This document shows positions 62,960 through 64,000 of a stretch of DNA of 64,000 bases, piece after piece (the first letter of the stretch is position 1; each line of letters opens with the position of its first letter). The stretch covers positions 41,527 to 105,526 of the forward strand of contig JADFDS010000044.1 of assembly GCA_018262715.1 (NCBI GenBank), written 5' to 3'. The notes below the pieces were generated by a model. The model made no database searches. It was not told the origin of the DNA and saw nothing but the letters and a program-made list of their open reading frames with translations. Source of the stretch: Bacteroidota bacterium. GTDB taxonomy: Bacteria > Bacteroidota > Bacteroidia > Bacteroidales > VadinHA17. Made by a program: the position numbers and the translations under genes.

Positions 62960-63609
62960 GGCTGACGACGGAATATTCCTGACATCACGGCAGCCATTAT
63001 TTCTCCCCATATCAGCTCCGACGGAGGCACAATGGGTGGGGCGTCCATCTTCCGCAGCATTAATCTGAGCCGTCTTCTTTCGAAGATGCCGCGATTCTCC
63101 AGGTCAGCCGACATACGCTCATTCGCATTTATTTCTTCCTCGATCACCTGCTTCTTAATCTTTATCGCTTCATCATTAACCTGATTTCTGACAACCAGCC
63201 CGGATTCCGGTCCATACTCCCTGCCTATGAGCCGGCTCAGCTTCTCCATGATAATTTCCATCTCCGGGTGGTTGACCTTCTCCCTCATCTTCATCAGCAG
63301 GCCAAGTATCTGCTCCGCCAGTCCCGCATCGGTGATGCGAAGACTTAGAATCGAGTATCCCGGGTCGGAATAGAAATAGAATCCTGACTCCTGCTTTATC
63401 GGTGCATTGAACCCGAGGATGTCGCTTCGCATCACTCGGATATCATCACGGAGGGTCCGCTCCGAGACGGTGGCATACCTTCCCCTGTCTGAGGCAAGGG
63501 CCTCGGAGCATCTCGCCCTCAGCTCGTCAATTGACCACCTGCGTCTTCCCCCTGCAAGGCAGGAGTTGATAGTCTTGTATCTTATCAGTGCGTTAAGGTT
63601 TGCCGGCAT
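62956..63609 (-). CDS. HTH transcriptional regulator resembling the N-terminal part of Bacteroidota WYL/YafY-type regulators
   Basis: From the ATG at 63609 it reads MPANLNALIRYKTINSCLAGGRRRWSIDELRARCSEAL...VSERTLRDDIRVMRSDILGFNAPI. The assignment is from memory of the family. Confidence 0.5.
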   Translation of the reverse strand: MPANLNALIRYKTINSCLAGGRRRWSIDELRARCSEALASDRGRYATVSERTLRDDIRVMRSDILGFNAPIKQESGFYFYSDPGYSILSLRITDAGLAEQILGLLMKMREKVNHPEMEIIMEKLSRLIGREYGPESGLVVRNQVNDEAIKIKKQVIEEEINANERMSADLENRGIFERRRLRLMLRKMDAPPIVPPSELIWGEIMAAVMSGIFRRQP

Positions 63610-63704
63610 GATTTTCTTTTTTTTCCATTGCAGAAAGGCTGCAATGCCATGGTTTTTCTTTGCCCACAGTTTAAAATTAATAATTATAAATGAGTAACAA
63701 AACC

Positions 63705-64000
63705 ATGAAAACAAAAGCGATCCATTTCACATCTTTTGGCAATGCCGTGATCGTCCAGATCAGCAGCCAGCCTCTCTCTGCATTCCCCTTCCTCCCCGCC
63801 GGGCCAGCCATCAGGAACGGCAGCCTCATCATCTCGGAGCTGACAGCCTCCGGCTCAGTAGGCCAGCTCGCGGCCATCAACCAGACCTCTGACTACCTCC
63901 TGCTCACCGATGCCGACGTCCTCACCGGTGCGAAGCAGAACAGGGTTGTCAACAGGTCGGTGCTGCTGGCCCCGTCGTCAAAGACCGTCATAGAGGTCTC
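63705..64000 (+). CDS. Hypothetical protein, 5' part only (runs off window)
   Basis: Own translation: MKTKAIHFTSFGNAVIVQISSQPLSAFPFLPAGPAIRNGSLIISELTASGSVGQLAAINQTSDYLLLTDADVLTGAKQNRVVNRSVLLAPSSKTVIEV. It is divergent from the HTH gene. Confidence 0.5.
   Translation, partial: MKTKAIHFTSFGNAVIVQISSQPLSAFPFLPAGPAIRNGSLIISELTASGSVGQLAAINQTSDYLLLTDADVLTGAKQNRVVNRSVLLAPSSKTVIEV

Overview
This is a Bacteroidota-type chromosomal segment. It has a SusC/SusD pair, many lipoproteins and TAnnTTTG-like promoter motifs. I support about 70 protein-coding genes. I saw no rRNA, tRNA or CRISPR array. From left to right: a minus-strand molybdate/tungstate ABC operon with a ModE-like regulator, then ppnP and PPK2. 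Next come a 917-aa orphan secreted protein and a DUF389 membrane protein. A minus-strand block of four secreted hydrolases follows: an active M14 peptidase, a degenerate M14 paralog, a Cys-Ntn hydrolase and a beta-lactamase-fold enzyme. Then two thioredoxin-fold proteins, a DEAD-box helicase and an FMN reductase. An IS630-family element sits 4 nt upstream of a susC/susD/DUF1735 locus that faces a GH116-like hydrolase. After a second DEAD-box helicase and a CrtI-like oxidoreductase comes a PadR-led cluster. The remainder is a long run of miscellaneous accessory genes: SNase, NlpC/P60, ADP-ribosylglycohydrolase, GNAT, an orphan trpF, OsmC, AraC/GyrI, a LytS/LytTR pair, a PAP2/vanadium-haloperoxidase-like lipoprotein, beta-lactamase-fold paralogs including one pseudogene, and an IPT/TIG beta-propeller lipoprotein. 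The best candidate for something undescribed is 34.3-39.2 kb. There a PadR regulator is translationally coupled to two membrane proteins that appear to combine a HAAS-like sensor head, repeated GldL-like TM hairpins and a GldM-N-like periplasmic domain. These are followed by a secreted Tyr/Trp/His-rich repeat protein behind a near-consensus sigma54 promoter. That protein has a paralog at 19.3 kb with the same promoter-like motif. A roughly 40-90 bp palindromic repeat family is also shared between two intergenic sites and the coding tail of that paralog. All functional calls come from reading motifs in the supplied translations. No database search was run, and the novelty claims are hypotheses.
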